A stretch of 64,000 nucleotides of DNA from an uncultured Candidatus Binatia bacterium (GTDB taxonomy: Bacteria; Desulfobacterota; Binatia; Bin18): assembly GCA_965214605.1 (NCBI GenBank), contig OZ243961.1:2880001-2944000 (forward strand), given 5' to 3'. Positions 11,189 through 20,971 of the stretch are shown piece by piece. Made by a program: the position numbers and the translations under genes. Each line of letters begins with the position of its first letter. Position 1 is the first letter of the stretch. The notes below the pieces were generated by a model that ran no database searches, was not told the DNA's origin, and saw only the letters and a program-made list of their open reading frames with translations.

Positions 11189-12172
11189 ATGGGCGCTCGT
11201 ATCATCGGCACCGGATCCTCTGTTCCCAAGACCTGTTTGACGAATAACGACCTGGAAAAGCGCGTTGACACGAGCCATGACTGGATTGTCACCCGGACCG
11301 GAATCTCTCAACGGCATGTGGTGACCGAGGGTGAGGATATCCTCGACCTGATGCACGCCGCCAGCCTCCAAGCCCTGGACGCCTCGGGCATACAGGCTGA
11401 TCAGCTGCAAGCAATTGTGGTGGCCACCGTCTCCGGCAACTATGCCTTCCCCTCAACCGCGTGTTTGCTCCAAGCCCGCCTCGGGCTCGACAATATCCCG
11501 GCCTTTGATGTGAATGCGGCGTGTGCGGGCTTTGTGTACGGTCTATCCGTCGCCCATAGCTATATCAAAAGCGGCGACTACGACCGGCTGCTGCTAGTCG
11601 GTGCCGATACACTCAGCACCATGGTGAACTGGGAAGACCGCTCGACGTGCGTACTGTTTGGCGATGGGGCGGGAGCGGTTGTGTTGGATACCCAGAATGC
11701 CCGGTCCGACGAACGCGGCCTGCTCAGCACGGTTGTGGAATCAAGCGGGGCACTGTGGAAGCTGCTGCACGTGCGCTCCGACCATAGACAGACGGTCGAT
11801 CAAGAAGATGTGCGTCCCAAAGAGTGGGGGATTCAGATGAAGGGGCCTGAGCTGTTTAAGGTCGCTGTCCGGGCCTTATCGGAGGTCACCCGTAAAGCCC
11901 TGGACAAGGCTGGGCTATCGCCCGCAGACGTGGACCTCATGGTTCCTCATCAGGCCAATCTGCGCATTATCCGAGCTGTTGCCGAACGTCTCGGGATTGC
12001 GATGGACCAGGTGTACTGCAACATCCAGTATTACGGCAATACCTCGGCCGCCTCTATCCCTATCGCGCTTGACGAGGCCGTCCGCGTTGGCCGGGTCCGG
12101 ACCAACAATATTCTTGCTCTGTGCGGTTGCGGTGGAGGGCTGACCTGGGGGACCTCAATCATCCGCTGGTAG
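11189..12172 (+). CDS. fabH: Beta-ketoacyl-ACP synthase III
   Basis: WIVTRTGI, DVNAACAGF, LFGDGAGA, PHQANLRI and GNTSAASIP. Confidence 0.95.
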   Translation: MGARIIGTGSSVPKTCLTNNDLEKRVDTSHDWIVTRTGISQRHVVTEGEDILDLMHAASLQALDASGIQADQLQAIVVATVSGNYAFPSTACLLQARLGLDNIPAFDVNAACAGFVYGLSVAHSYIKSGDYDRLLLVGADTLSTMVNWEDRSTCVLFGDGAGAVVLDTQNARSDERGLLSTVVESSGALWKLLHVRSDHRQTVDQEDVRPKEWGIQMKGPELFKVAVRALSEVTRKALDKAGLSPADVDLMVPHQANLRIIRAVAERLGIAMDQVYCNIQYYGNTSAASIPIALDEAVRVGRVRTNNILALCGCGGGLTWGTSIIRW

Positions 12173-12176
12173 CCGG

Positions 12177-12692
12177 CTAAAACCACAATTCATCCCACAG
12201 CAGCAACGCAACGACCGCCCGCCGCTGAGCCCTCCGCGTATACGCCTCGGCCGCCCGCAGCGCTTCGGCCTCACGCAGATGGTAGGAGAGCACGTCGCCC
12301 TTGCCGTCAGGTCGTTGGGGCGGCTCGCGCAGGACAATCAACAGTTTTTCTTCCAATACCGGTCGCTTGGTCTCAACCGGAGGCGGAAAGCGGTCAAATG
12401 GATAATGCTTGAGCGAGGGTCTGGTCCGTGACCGGCCGCCCGGTTTGGCCGTACTGTAGCGTTTTTCCAGCAGCCAGAACTGGGAGAAGCCGGGCGGAAT
12501 ACACTGTCGGGCTTCGGCGTGGATCAGGTTCAAGCGCGTTCTGTCCAAGACCAGACTCCAGCGTATCCACTTGCGGGTCATGTAGATAAAGACATGGCCC
12601 GCGTCGCCCTGGCCGGCGCGGGTAAACGGGGTGCGGGCGGGCAGAAGATTGGACGGAAAATCCCGATAGTACGGATCGTAGGCTTCGACCAT
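12177..12692 (-). CDS. Hypothetical protein (171 aa)
   Basis: Fills the gap between the amidase and fabH, co-oriented with the amidase; ATG 12692; no family recognised. Confidence 0.6.
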   Translation of the reverse strand: MVEAYDPYYRDFPSNLLPARTPFTRAGQGDAGHVFIYMTRKWIRWSLVLDRTRLNLIHAEARQCIPPGFSQFWLLEKRYSTAKPGGRSRTRPSLKHYPFDRFPPPVETKRPVLEEKLLIVLREPPQRPDGKGDVLSYHLREAEALRAAEAYTRRAQRRAVVALLLWDELWF

Positions 12693-12723
12693 GTCTGCCG
12701 TCCCCGCTCGTGGCCGCCGCGCT

Positions 12724-14142
12724 TTAGGACACGAGCGGCGGCCGCCGCTCGCCCACCTGGGTCGCCTGCTCAAAGGCGTGGGCCAAGCACAGCAGGCCCA
12801 AATCGTCCTGATAGCGGCCAACAATCTGCACGCCGACCGGGAGCCCTTCGGGAGTAAATCCACCCGGCACCGAGATCGCCGGCAGGCCGGTGACGCTGAT
12901 GTAGTAGCACGACTTCATCCAGTCGAGGTAGGTGTCGAGCGCCTGCCCATTGATCTCGGTCACATACTGTTGGGTCACCTCAAACGGCGGGACCTGCGAA
13001 ACCGGGGCAATCAGGAACGCGTAGCGGTCCATAAACTCCCGCATGTGGTGATATAGCTCGGTACGCCGACGTTCCGCCCGCCCGATCTGAGGACCGCTCA
13101 ACTGCTGGCCCTGCTCAATATTCCAGACCACCGAGTCTTTCATCTGGGCTCGATGTTCGTCCAAGAACTCGCCCAAAGTCAACTCAAAGTACCACGCCCG
13201 CCAGACCCGAAAAATCTCATCCGCATGGCTAAAGTCCGGCGTGGCCTCTTCGACAACGCAGCCTAGCTGCTCAAAAACCGCCCGCTGGGACTCCAGGACG
13301 GCAGTCACCCGCGGATCAACCGGCAGATCACCCAGGGTATGGCTCCAGGCTATCCGTACGTCCTGAAAAGACCGCTCCAGGTCTTGGGCGAACAGGTGAC
13401 CCGGCTCATTGAGCGCAAGTGGCGCTCGGGGGTCGGGGCCGGCCAAGACGCTCAGCAACAGGGCCGCATCTTGCACCGTTCGCGCCATCGGCCCCTCCAC
13501 CGCCAGCGGAAACCACGCGACCCGATGCGGCCAGGTTGGCACGCGTCCGGGAGATGGGCGCAGGCCGACCACATTGCAGAAACTGGCCGGGTTGCGCAGC
13601 GAGCCGCCTAGGTCGCTGCCGTCGGCCAGCGGCATCATGCCGCACGCCAAGCCAACCGCCGCCCCACCGCTACTCCCCCCACAGGTTTTGCTGAGATCAT
13701 ACGGATTGCGCGTCGCTCCAAACACCTCGTTATAGGTCTGTGAGCCGGCCCCGAACTCAGGCGTATTGGTCTTGCCAATGGTAATCGCCCCGGCCTGACG
13801 CATGCGCTCCACAATGATCTCATCTTGGTCAGGAACAAAGTCGGCAAAAATGGGCGAGCCCAGGGTCGTCCGTATGCCTGTGGTCAGGACGAGGTCTTTA
13901 TGGGCGATGGGCAGGCCGTGCAAAGGTCCAAGGGTGTCAGGCGTAGAGCGGGTCTCGTCAGCCCGGCGGGCCTGGTTGAGCGCTTGCTCGGCAATCAGGG
14001 TGACAATCGCGTTGACCTGCGGGTTGATCCGCTCAATCTGCCCGAGATGAGCCTCGACAGACTCCTGACAGGATACTTCCCGACTGCGGATACGTGCGGC
14101 TAATTCTGTGGCAGTCAAAAAACACAGTTCGCTCGTAGACAT
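12724..14142 (-). CDS. Amidase signature family protein
   Basis: GLPIAHKD, GKTNTPEF, GGSSGG and DGSDLGGSLRNPAS motifs. Confidence 0.93.
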   Translation of the reverse strand: MSTSELCFLTATELAARIRSREVSCQESVEAHLGQIERINPQVNAIVTLIAEQALNQARRADETRSTPDTLGPLHGLPIAHKDLVLTTGIRTTLGSPIFADFVPDQDEIIVERMRQAGAITIGKTNTPEFGAGSQTYNEVFGATRNPYDLSKTCGGSSGGAAVGLACGMMPLADGSDLGGSLRNPASFCNVVGLRPSPGRVPTWPHRVAWFPLAVEGPMARTVQDAALLLSVLAGPDPRAPLALNEPGHLFAQDLERSFQDVRIAWSHTLGDLPVDPRVTAVLESQRAVFEQLGCVVEEATPDFSHADEIFRVWRAWYFELTLGEFLDEHRAQMKDSVVWNIEQGQQLSGPQIGRAERRRTELYHHMREFMDRYAFLIAPVSQVPPFEVTQQYVTEINGQALDTYLDWMKSCYYISVTGLPAISVPGGFTPEGLPVGVQIVGRYQDDLGLLCLAHAFEQATQVGERRPPLVS

Positions 14143-14182
14143 AATACGTCCCCCTCCTGTCTCACATGAGCAGCGCGCTGCT

Positions 14183-14941
14183 CTAGCCTCTGCCCACATA
14201 TGGCATCTTGGTCGCCAGCACCGTCATAAACTGTACATTGGCGTCGAGGGGTAGGCTGGCCATATACACGACCGCGCGCGACACGTTCTCAACGTCCATT
14301 GTCGGCTCGGCTGCCACCGTTCCGTTGGCCTGTGGCACGCCGTGCTTCATCCTGGCTGTCATCTCCGTCTCGGCATTCCCAATATCAATTTGGCCGCAGG
14401 CAATATCGTATTTGCGACCGTCGAGAGCAGTCGATTTAGTCAGCCCCGTCATGGCGTGTTTTGTGGCGGTGTAGGGGGCCGAGTTGGGGCGCGGCACCTG
14501 GGCCGAAATTGAGCCGTTATTGATAATCCGTCCCCCGCGCGGAGCTTGGTCTTTCATGATCTTGAACGCCTCTTGGGTGCACAGAAAGGCGCCGGTCAGA
14601 TTCACATCGACCACGCTCTGCCACTGCTCGTACGACAGGTCTTCGAGAGGCAGCGGCGGTGCGCCGCTGCCAGCATTGTTGAATAGAAGATCGAGCCGTC
14701 CAAATTTTTCGCGAGTCTTGCTAAAGAGCACGCGTACCGCGGTCGGGTCGCCTACGTCGGTTGGCACGACGAGGGTCTGATCCCGAGACGCTCCGGCTGC
14801 GGCCACTGTTTGCTCCAACAGCTCGGCCCGACGGCCGGCTAGGACGACCGCATAGCCTTCCTGCAACAGGGCCAGCGTGAGGTGCCTGCCAATGCCCGTT
14901 CCGGCCCCTGTCACTAACGCGACTTTTTGATATGTCGTCAT
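14183..14941 (-). CDS. Short-chain dehydrogenase/reductase
   Basis: [17 protein letters not shown] and YTATK catalytic motif. Confidence 0.93.
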   Translation of the reverse strand: MTTYQKVALVTGAGTGIGRHLTLALLQEGYAVVLAGRRAELLEQTVAAAGASRDQTLVVPTDVGDPTAVRVLFSKTREKFGRLDLLFNNAGSGAPPLPLEDLSYEQWQSVVDVNLTGAFLCTQEAFKIMKDQAPRGGRIINNGSISAQVPRPNSAPYTATKHAMTGLTKSTALDGRKYDIACGQIDIGNAETEMTARMKHGVPQANGTVAAEPTMDVENVSRAVVYMASLPLDANVQFMTVLATKMPYVGRG

Positions 14942-15055
14942 GATCTTCCCTCCTGTGGGATGGAGTGTGCCCATTGTGACTGCTTTCGGCGGCTTTGTCA
15001 TTCGGTGTCTCTTGTCCGGACTCGGCCAACCGCCTACGATCGGGTAGACACGCCT

Positions 15056-16207
15056 ATGGCTCACCTGATCTTTCTGCCCGGTTTTTACGGCACCCGTCTA
15101 GTCGACAAAGCGACTGGCAAGATCGTCTGGATCTCGGCCGGCCAGGCTATATTTGGCTCTCGGACTGCAGCCCGGAGCGATTTTGGTGTGAGCGGGGCGC
15201 TAGACCTCGTCCCTGGATCGGTTCTGGACCGGCTGCCGGTCATTCCCGGTCTCTATGCCCTTGATGTCTATCGTCATTTTCTGGACGAACTGCACGCCCT
15301 CCTTGGTCCTCAGACACAGTGCCATCTGCTCGGCTATGACTGGCGCGCAGATTATATTGAGGCGGTAAAAAAGCTGGCCGGGCTAGTCCGGACGCTCAAG
15401 GCTCAGGATGCGGCGCCGATTCTGCTGGTGGCCCACAGCCTCGGCGGGATCGTGGCCAGCTATTATTTGCGCTACGGGGAGCAGGAACCCGAGACGGCGC
15501 GTGAATCCTGGCAAGGAGCGGGTCACCTCGACGCGGTAGTCCTGGCGACAGTCCCCTTCCAGGGTTCAATGACCGCCTTTCGGAATATGAAACACGGCGT
15601 CAAGTTCGGCCTCAATACAAGCCTCATCAACCCCAGGGCGTTTAGCACCTTTACGACCGGTTACACCATGCTGCCGACCTATCGCCCGGTCCTGCTTGAC
15701 CATCGTCTCCGGGCCCTGTCTCACACCCTGTTTGAACCTGAGCTGTGGCGGCGCTACGCTTGGGGCTTGCTAGGCCCGACTGAGGCCGTATCGGCCGCCC
15801 TGGCCGAAAAGCGGTGGACCTCTGTGAGCCAGTCCTTGTTCCGGGGCAGACTGCTGTACGACCGGCTGCACCAGCCGTTGGAACGCCGACCCGAGCGGCC
15901 CACCCCGGTGCTGTACGCTTGGGCCGGTTCGCACCCGACTCTGAGTCGAGCCGTTGTGCTGGAGCGGCCGGCGGCTGAGGTGATTTTTGAGCGCCGCGAG
16001 TTTGCTGCCCGGCTGCCCGGCCAGCCTTACCGGGCGCTGTGCGACGACGGGGATCGGACCGTTACCACGGAGTCGGCCCGGCCGCCCCCGGCCTTCAGGC
16101 AGGCGCTCAGGGTAGAAGAGTGCCAGAGTCAGGCCGTCCACTCACAGATCTTCAACGATCGGCGCGTGCGCGACAGAATCCGAACCTTCTTGCGCGCCAA
16201 GCGATAA
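15056..16207 (+). CDS. Alpha/beta hydrolase, lipase/LCAT-like
   Basis: [13 protein letters not shown], nucleophile elbow AHSLGG, DGDRTV and C-terminal His (AVHSQIF). Confidence 0.85.
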   Translation: MAHLIFLPGFYGTRLVDKATGKIVWISAGQAIFGSRTAARSDFGVSGALDLVPGSVLDRLPVIPGLYALDVYRHFLDELHALLGPQTQCHLLGYDWRADYIEAVKKLAGLVRTLKAQDAAPILLVAHSLGGIVASYYLRYGEQEPETARESWQGAGHLDAVVLATVPFQGSMTAFRNMKHGVKFGLNTSLINPRAFSTFTTGYTMLPTYRPVLLDHRLRALSHTLFEPELWRRYAWGLLGPTEAVSAALAEKRWTSVSQSLFRGRLLYDRLHQPLERRPERPTPVLYAWAGSHPTLSRAVVLERPAAEVIFERREFAARLPGQPYRALCDDGDRTVTTESARPPPAFRQALRVEECQSQAVHSQIFNDRRVRDRIRTFLRAKR

Positions 16208-16212
16208 CGCCC

Positions 16213-16231
16213 TCCGCCTTATAGAGGCGGA
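16213..16231. terminator. Hairpin after the lipase gene
   Basis: TCCGCCT-TATAG-AGGCGGA stem-loop just after the stop codon; no clear U-tract. Confidence 0.4.
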
Positions 16232-16379
16232 ATTGGTGAATGTCCACGCGGTGAGTAGGAGATAGGCTGCGGCGGAGTTGCACGGTGACTCCCCCGCATG
16301 CCAACCCGGACAATAGGGACGGAGCGGCGAAGACAGTTAGGCTTGGGAAGACAGCTGCCACTAGAGAGTTTGCCTATAA

Positions 16380-16587
16380 CAGCGTAGGGCTTGCCAACAC
16401 ACTATCAAACGGGGGCCTTGGTCTAGCCAGAATACCCCTCCCCACCTGACCGCGTAACCTTCGGGCGGTGTCAAACGAGTCCTCTATATGCGGCTGAGCC
16501 CGGGGTATGATTCCACGGCAGAGGGACCTGTCTTGAGCGAGCGGCCCACCTCAACGGGGACTGTTGGCAGTTGACAAGGGCACGCTG
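16380..16587 (+). ncRNA. Candidate structured RNA, 6S RNA-like
   Basis: Nested long-range pairing: CAGCGT/ACGCTG, TGCCAACA (16392-99)/TGTTGGCA (16562-69), a bubble, then GGGGGCC...GGCCCACC; internal cUUCGg tetraloop at 16459-64. Not confirmed by a covariance model. Confidence 0.45.
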
Positions 16588-16623
16588 AGAGAAGTGGGAG
16601 GACGGCGTCCGTAAATCGCCGTT

Positions 16624-18276
16624 TCATTCGGCGGCACGTAGAAGGGCTGCGAGTCGCTTGCGGGAGACCGCTCTCTCAAAGCGTCGCCACACCTTGCCAA
16701 ACCGTCGGTGTTCTTTTGCCGCGTGTTGATCCTGGCTGTAGATCAGCTGTCCGAGGGTTAGCAACAGACGCCGGTCGGTCTTACGCAGTGGCACGGTCTG
16801 AGCATAGCCGCGCAGGCGTGCCGAGGCAACGCAGGCGTCCTGATGCTCGCCTAGCACGTCCTGGAGCTGTTTGGTCGCTTCAATGGGTTTCTTCAATGGA
16901 TCGCCGAGCGGTTTATAGACACCGCGCAGAAATTCCAGCAAATAGCGCAGGCGCTTGCCCCGGATGCGCAGGATGTGTAGTAGCTCGGCCGGAGAGTGGG
17001 CTTCAATCGCCCGGCCGCGTCTGAGCAGCTGTTTGAGATGGCGGTTGACAGCCGGTGCCGCGGCGTCACAGATACGCACCGCGTTCGATTGACGCTGTGC
17101 TGTTACCGAGGGACCGCGCTGTACGAAACGCTCAAAACGTTCTATCAGCCGGATATAGCGGCCGCTCTGAAAAGTCGTGATCAACCGGCGACGGCTACGC
17201 TGCCACTCCTCAGCTAGGTGACGTTCGTACGGGGCGAGGTAGGCGGCATCGTCGGCCGGAATGGCCTCCATATAACGTTTAAGATTTTCGCGGTACACGT
17301 CCAAGTCGCGGACCTCGCCCAACACCCGCGCCGCCCAGCGAAATTCGGCGTTTAGGCTGACGATCGCCCGCGCCGGAAGCACCGCGTGAAAGACCCGCAG
17401 AGCGGCTCTGATATGGCGCATGGCGACCCGCATCTGGTGGACGCCCTCGGGATCAAGGCCCTCCCAGGCGCGGGGCTGCTGAAGTGCCAGGATGTGTGCC
17501 TGATGGGTGAGATGCGCATACGCCAGGCGAATCCAGAGGTCTGTTGGACCGAGCTGCGGGGCTGGGGCTAGCCCGGTCGAGGGGGACAGTCCGGTGGTTT
17601 GCAGGCCACGCTGAAACTTGTTGAGCCGAGCCGGCAGGAGATCAATTTTCTTAGGTAGGAGCTCGGCTAGCTGAACTAGCGGTTCCTGGGGACCGTGCTT
17701 GAGCTCAAGCTCGATCTCGCTGAAGTTTAGCACGCCGGGGGCGAGCTTGGTGTATTTTTCTCCGTTGATCTGGACTTGGTCAATCGCGAGTTCAATCAGA
17801 GTGAACGATGATTCTTTCTTGGTGAGATGGTCCTCCTCATCGTGGACTGTACGGGCTGGCGGGTCGGCCGGGCTGGACAGCGCATACAGGATGCGCTGGT
17901 TGCGGACCACAAACAGCTCGCGGGTTTTCTTGTTGCCGACTAGGCCGGAGAGGCGGTCGCGGACTGGGCCCGAGGGAATATCGCGCAGCGTGGTGTGGGA
18001 GATGAGCAGCCGCTGTTCGATCTCTTCGCGGACCTGAATGGCGCTGTCGCGTAAGCCCAGCTCTTTGAGGGCCAGGGCCTGCTTTCCGTTGCTGTCGCGC
18101 AGGCGATAACCCCAGCCGGCCCGGAAAATCGCCCAATCGTGGGTATCAAAATATCGATCGACGATGGTCTCGTTCGAGTGTGGTTCAACACCATAGCCCA
18201 GCTCTCGCAGGACGGTCATCAACTGACCGATCTGGTACGGGTCTTGAACGAGAAACTTGGCTTCGATTTCTGGCAC
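16624..18276 (-). CDS. CYTH + CHAD domain protein
   Basis: N-terminal EIEAKF and EIELELK (CYTH); VHQMRVAMR, EVRDLDV, HILRIRGKRLRY and QDVLGEHQD (CHAD). GTG start at 18276. Confidence 0.92.
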   Translation of the reverse strand: MPEIEAKFLVQDPYQIGQLMTVLRELGYGVEPHSNETIVDRYFDTHDWAIFRAGWGYRLRDSNGKQALALKELGLRDSAIQVREEIEQRLLISHTTLRDIPSGPVRDRLSGLVGNKKTRELFVVRNQRILYALSSPADPPARTVHDEEDHLTKKESSFTLIELAIDQVQINGEKYTKLAPGVLNFSEIELELKHGPQEPLVQLAELLPKKIDLLPARLNKFQRGLQTTGLSPSTGLAPAPQLGPTDLWIRLAYAHLTHQAHILALQQPRAWEGLDPEGVHQMRVAMRHIRAALRVFHAVLPARAIVSLNAEFRWAARVLGEVRDLDVYRENLKRYMEAIPADDAAYLAPYERHLAEEWQRSRRRLITTFQSGRYIRLIERFERFVQRGPSVTAQRQSNAVRICDAAAPAVNRHLKQLLRRGRAIEAHSPAELLHILRIRGKRLRYLLEFLRGVYKPLGDPLKKPIEATKQLQDVLGEHQDACVASARLRGYAQTVPLRKTDRRLLLTLGQLIYSQDQHAAKEHRRFGKVWRRFERAVSRKRLAALLRAAE

Positions 18277-18310
18277 GGGACGCCTCTTTTCCTTAAGGAG
18301 GGTATAAAAA

Positions 18311-19417
18311 TTATGTGTTGAGCGGGCCGGCCTGTTCTTGGGCGTGCCGCACCAGTGCCGCATAGCGATAGAGGGCGTGGACAAATTTGCCGTACGGAAA
18401 GGTGAGAAACAGGCCAGCGACAAGACCTAGATGGATCACCAACAGGCTCCCCATGGCCGCGGTCTCGCGTACGGCGAGCAGTATCAGACCGCTCAGGCTG
18501 GTCAAAAACAGTAAGACGAGGAAGCCGACATCCATGCCGAAGACGCTCTCATCGGCCGGCCGTGGGTCGCTGCGCCACTTGAGCCACAGTAGCCCGGCGG
18601 GGCCGACTAGCAGACCTAGCCCACCACTTGTTCCCAACACGACCGGCAGGCTCATATACGGATAGGGGGCCTGCCACGCAAAAACGTGGTGGTAAGTCGC
18701 CGCTATGCTGGTGGCAAGAAAATCGAGCATAAAACCGTAAAAAGTGAGGTGATGAAACCATTTTCTGAGCTGAGAGAAGCCCGCGTCCGGGTAGGTACAG
18801 CCGTGACCACCGCCGCCCAAATAGGTCAGCCGTAGGGCATCCCAACCACCTCGGGCCAGGGCCGTCAGATCGGCGAACTCATTCCACTTGCCGCCAATGG
18901 CGTGCCAAAAGCGGGCCAGGCCGATCCCAAAGGCCAGCAGGATAAAGCCGCTGAGGACTAAGGCCGGAACCACTATCAGCAGATAGGGAATAACAGCATA
19001 AAAAGCGCCCGCCCCGGTGTGGGCCGAAAAGATGACCGAGGAGTCCTGCCAACCCAGCACGAGCAGCACGACGAGGCTGACGCTGGCCACGGTGATAGAG
19101 CTGAGTGCCAGCCCGTTGCGCCGAAACAGTCCGGCCAGGACGTGCGGCCAGGCAAAATCCTGATAGCTGTCCAGCCGCAGGGCGGAGAAGGTCTTGGGAA
19201 CATTGACCCCGAACTCGTGGGGCGGTGCGTACTGGCACGCGTAATAGCAGCCCCGACAGTTGTGACACAGATTGGCCAGATAGATCACGTCTTGGGGGCT
19301 GAATGTTCTGCGTAGTTCCATGGCCGGAAAAACCGCACAAAACCCATCACAATAGCGACACGCGTTGCAGATCGTCATCAGCCGCTGGGCTTCGGTCAGG
19401 AGTTCAGTGGAGGGCAT
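18311..19417 (-). CDS. tcuB: Tricarballylate utilization 4Fe-4S membrane protein
   Basis: CNACRYCDGFCAVF and CHNCRGCYYACQYAPPH clusters, TM helices, PYGKFVH. Confidence 0.93.
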   Translation of the reverse strand: MPSTELLTEAQRLMTICNACRYCDGFCAVFPAMELRRTFSPQDVIYLANLCHNCRGCYYACQYAPPHEFGVNVPKTFSALRLDSYQDFAWPHVLAGLFRRNGLALSSITVASVSLVVLLVLGWQDSSVIFSAHTGAGAFYAVIPYLLIVVPALVLSGFILLAFGIGLARFWHAIGGKWNEFADLTALARGGWDALRLTYLGGGGHGCTYPDAGFSQLRKWFHHLTFYGFMLDFLATSIAATYHHVFAWQAPYPYMSLPVVLGTSGGLGLLVGPAGLLWLKWRSDPRPADESVFGMDVGFLVLLFLTSLSGLILLAVRETAAMGSLLVIHLGLVAGLFLTFPYGKFVHALYRYAALVRHAQEQAGPLNT

Positions 19418-20810
19418 GACGGGCTGCCTCTCGTCCGGCAATGCGGCCAAAAACCGTGCCGATGGTCATGCCAAAACCGGCCATATAGCCCTGACCGAGA
19501 ATATTGCCGGCCATGATTTCACCGGCCGCGTACATATTGGCGGCGGGTTTTCCGTCTTGCATGATGATCTGGGCGTGCTCGTTCACCCCTACACCCAGAT
19601 AGGTAAAGGTAATGCCCGGTCGGAGCGGATAGGCGGAAAAGGGTGGGGTGTCCAGGGCAACTGCCCAGTGACTCTTTGGGGGGCTGAGGCCACGCGTCGC
19701 ACACTCGTCTAACTCCGAGGGGTCAAACTGGCCGGGCTCGACGGCAGCGTTAAACGCGGTCAGTGTCTGCTCAAGGGCGGCTGAGTCCAGTGCGAGTTTG
19801 TCCGCCAGCTCAGCGATAGAGGCGGCTTCAATGGGTGGGAAAACCGACGGCATGAATTTCCCCAGCGCCTTGGCATCAATAATCGCATAGGCAATCTGGT
19901 CTGGCTGCTGGGCAACGATTCTGCCCCAAATGGCGTAACGCTTGGGCCAGAAATCTTCGCCCTCGTCGTAGAAGCGTTTGGCACGGTTATTGACCACGAT
20001 GCCAAACGGCACGCAGTCCAGACGGGTGACAATGCCGCCGTCAAACTTAGGCGCCCGAGCGTCGATCGCCACCGCATGACACTGGCGTGGATCGCCCACC
20101 GACTGTGCTCCGTTGTGGAGCAGGGCCCGCAGCATTGTGCCCGTGTTATACGGAGTGCCGCGGATAATGAAGTTATCGGCCGCCGCGCCCCAATACTTCT
20201 TGAGCCAGGCGATGTTGGCCTGGAATCCGCCGGCGGCGATAACGACCGTTCGGGCGCGAACCTGTTGGGCGGTGTCGCCCGAGCCGATGACCGCCGAAAA
20301 AAAGCGGCCGTCCTGCATGATCAGATCGGTCACCTCCGTCTGGTAGGCGAATCGTACCCCGAGCTGGTGGGCGGTGTGGTAATAGGCGTTGAGCAGGGCT
20401 TTACCCCCGCCCAGGAAAAAGGCGTTTGTTCTTGACAGGTTCAACGTGCCCCTCAGCGGAGCCTGAAAGCGGCAACCGCGGGCTTCCATCCAGGTGCCGA
20501 GGTCGACCGACTCGCGCAGGGTCAGACGGGCGAGGTGTTCGTTGGTCTTCCCGTCGGTTACCCGCACCAGATCCTCCCAAAACTCGTCCTCGTCGTACGG
20601 CCCGGTCAGAAAGGCGTTGGCCCGCCTATGGGCATAGCGCAGATTACGCGTATGGCGACTGTCGCCGCCCCGAAAAGCCTCGGGCGCACTTTCCAGCAGC
20701 AGCACCGTGGCCCCGCCCTGCGCCGCGGTCATGGCTGCGCACAACGCCGCATTACCACCGCCGATGATCAACACATCGACCATTTGGGACAGATCTAGAT
20801 CGGTTTCCAT
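19404..20810 (-). CDS. tcuA: FAD-dependent tricarballylate dehydrogenase
   Basis: IGGGNAALCAA, SRHTRN, SRTNAFFLGGGKAL, APKFDGGIVTRLD and MTIGTVFGRIAG; overlaps the tcuB start. Confidence 0.93.
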   Translation of the reverse strand: METDLDLSQMVDVLIIGGGNAALCAAMTAAQGGATVLLLESAPEAFRGGDSRHTRNLRYAHRRANAFLTGPYDEDEFWEDLVRVTDGKTNEHLARLTLRESVDLGTWMEARGCRFQAPLRGTLNLSRTNAFFLGGGKALLNAYYHTAHQLGVRFAYQTEVTDLIMQDGRFFSAVIGSGDTAQQVRARTVVIAAGGFQANIAWLKKYWGAAADNFIIRGTPYNTGTMLRALLHNGAQSVGDPRQCHAVAIDARAPKFDGGIVTRLDCVPFGIVVNNRAKRFYDEGEDFWPKRYAIWGRIVAQQPDQIAYAIIDAKALGKFMPSVFPPIEAASIAELADKLALDSAALEQTLTAFNAAVEPGQFDPSELDECATRGLSPPKSHWAVALDTPPFSAYPLRPGITFTYLGVGVNEHAQIIMQDGKPAANMYAAGEIMAGNILGQGYMAGFGMTIGTVFGRIAGREAARHALH

Positions 20811-20971
20811 TCGGCTCCAGATTATGCGGCTTTGGAGCGTTCCTGCAAGAGCCGGGGGAGTTGAACCTTTGACGCTTACAGGAAACGATACGCTCTTCTC
20901 GGAAAAGAGATAGTCATCCTTGTCCACTTTAGTGTAGTCTGGCCGGGACACAGAAAGGAGCTCTTGCCACC

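Noticed and set aside
16391-16450. tmRNA (GGGGGC start; ANTLSNGG... tag-like frame)
   Set aside because: No tRNA-like T-arm or CCA end, and the frame does not end in a typical ALAA-type tag.
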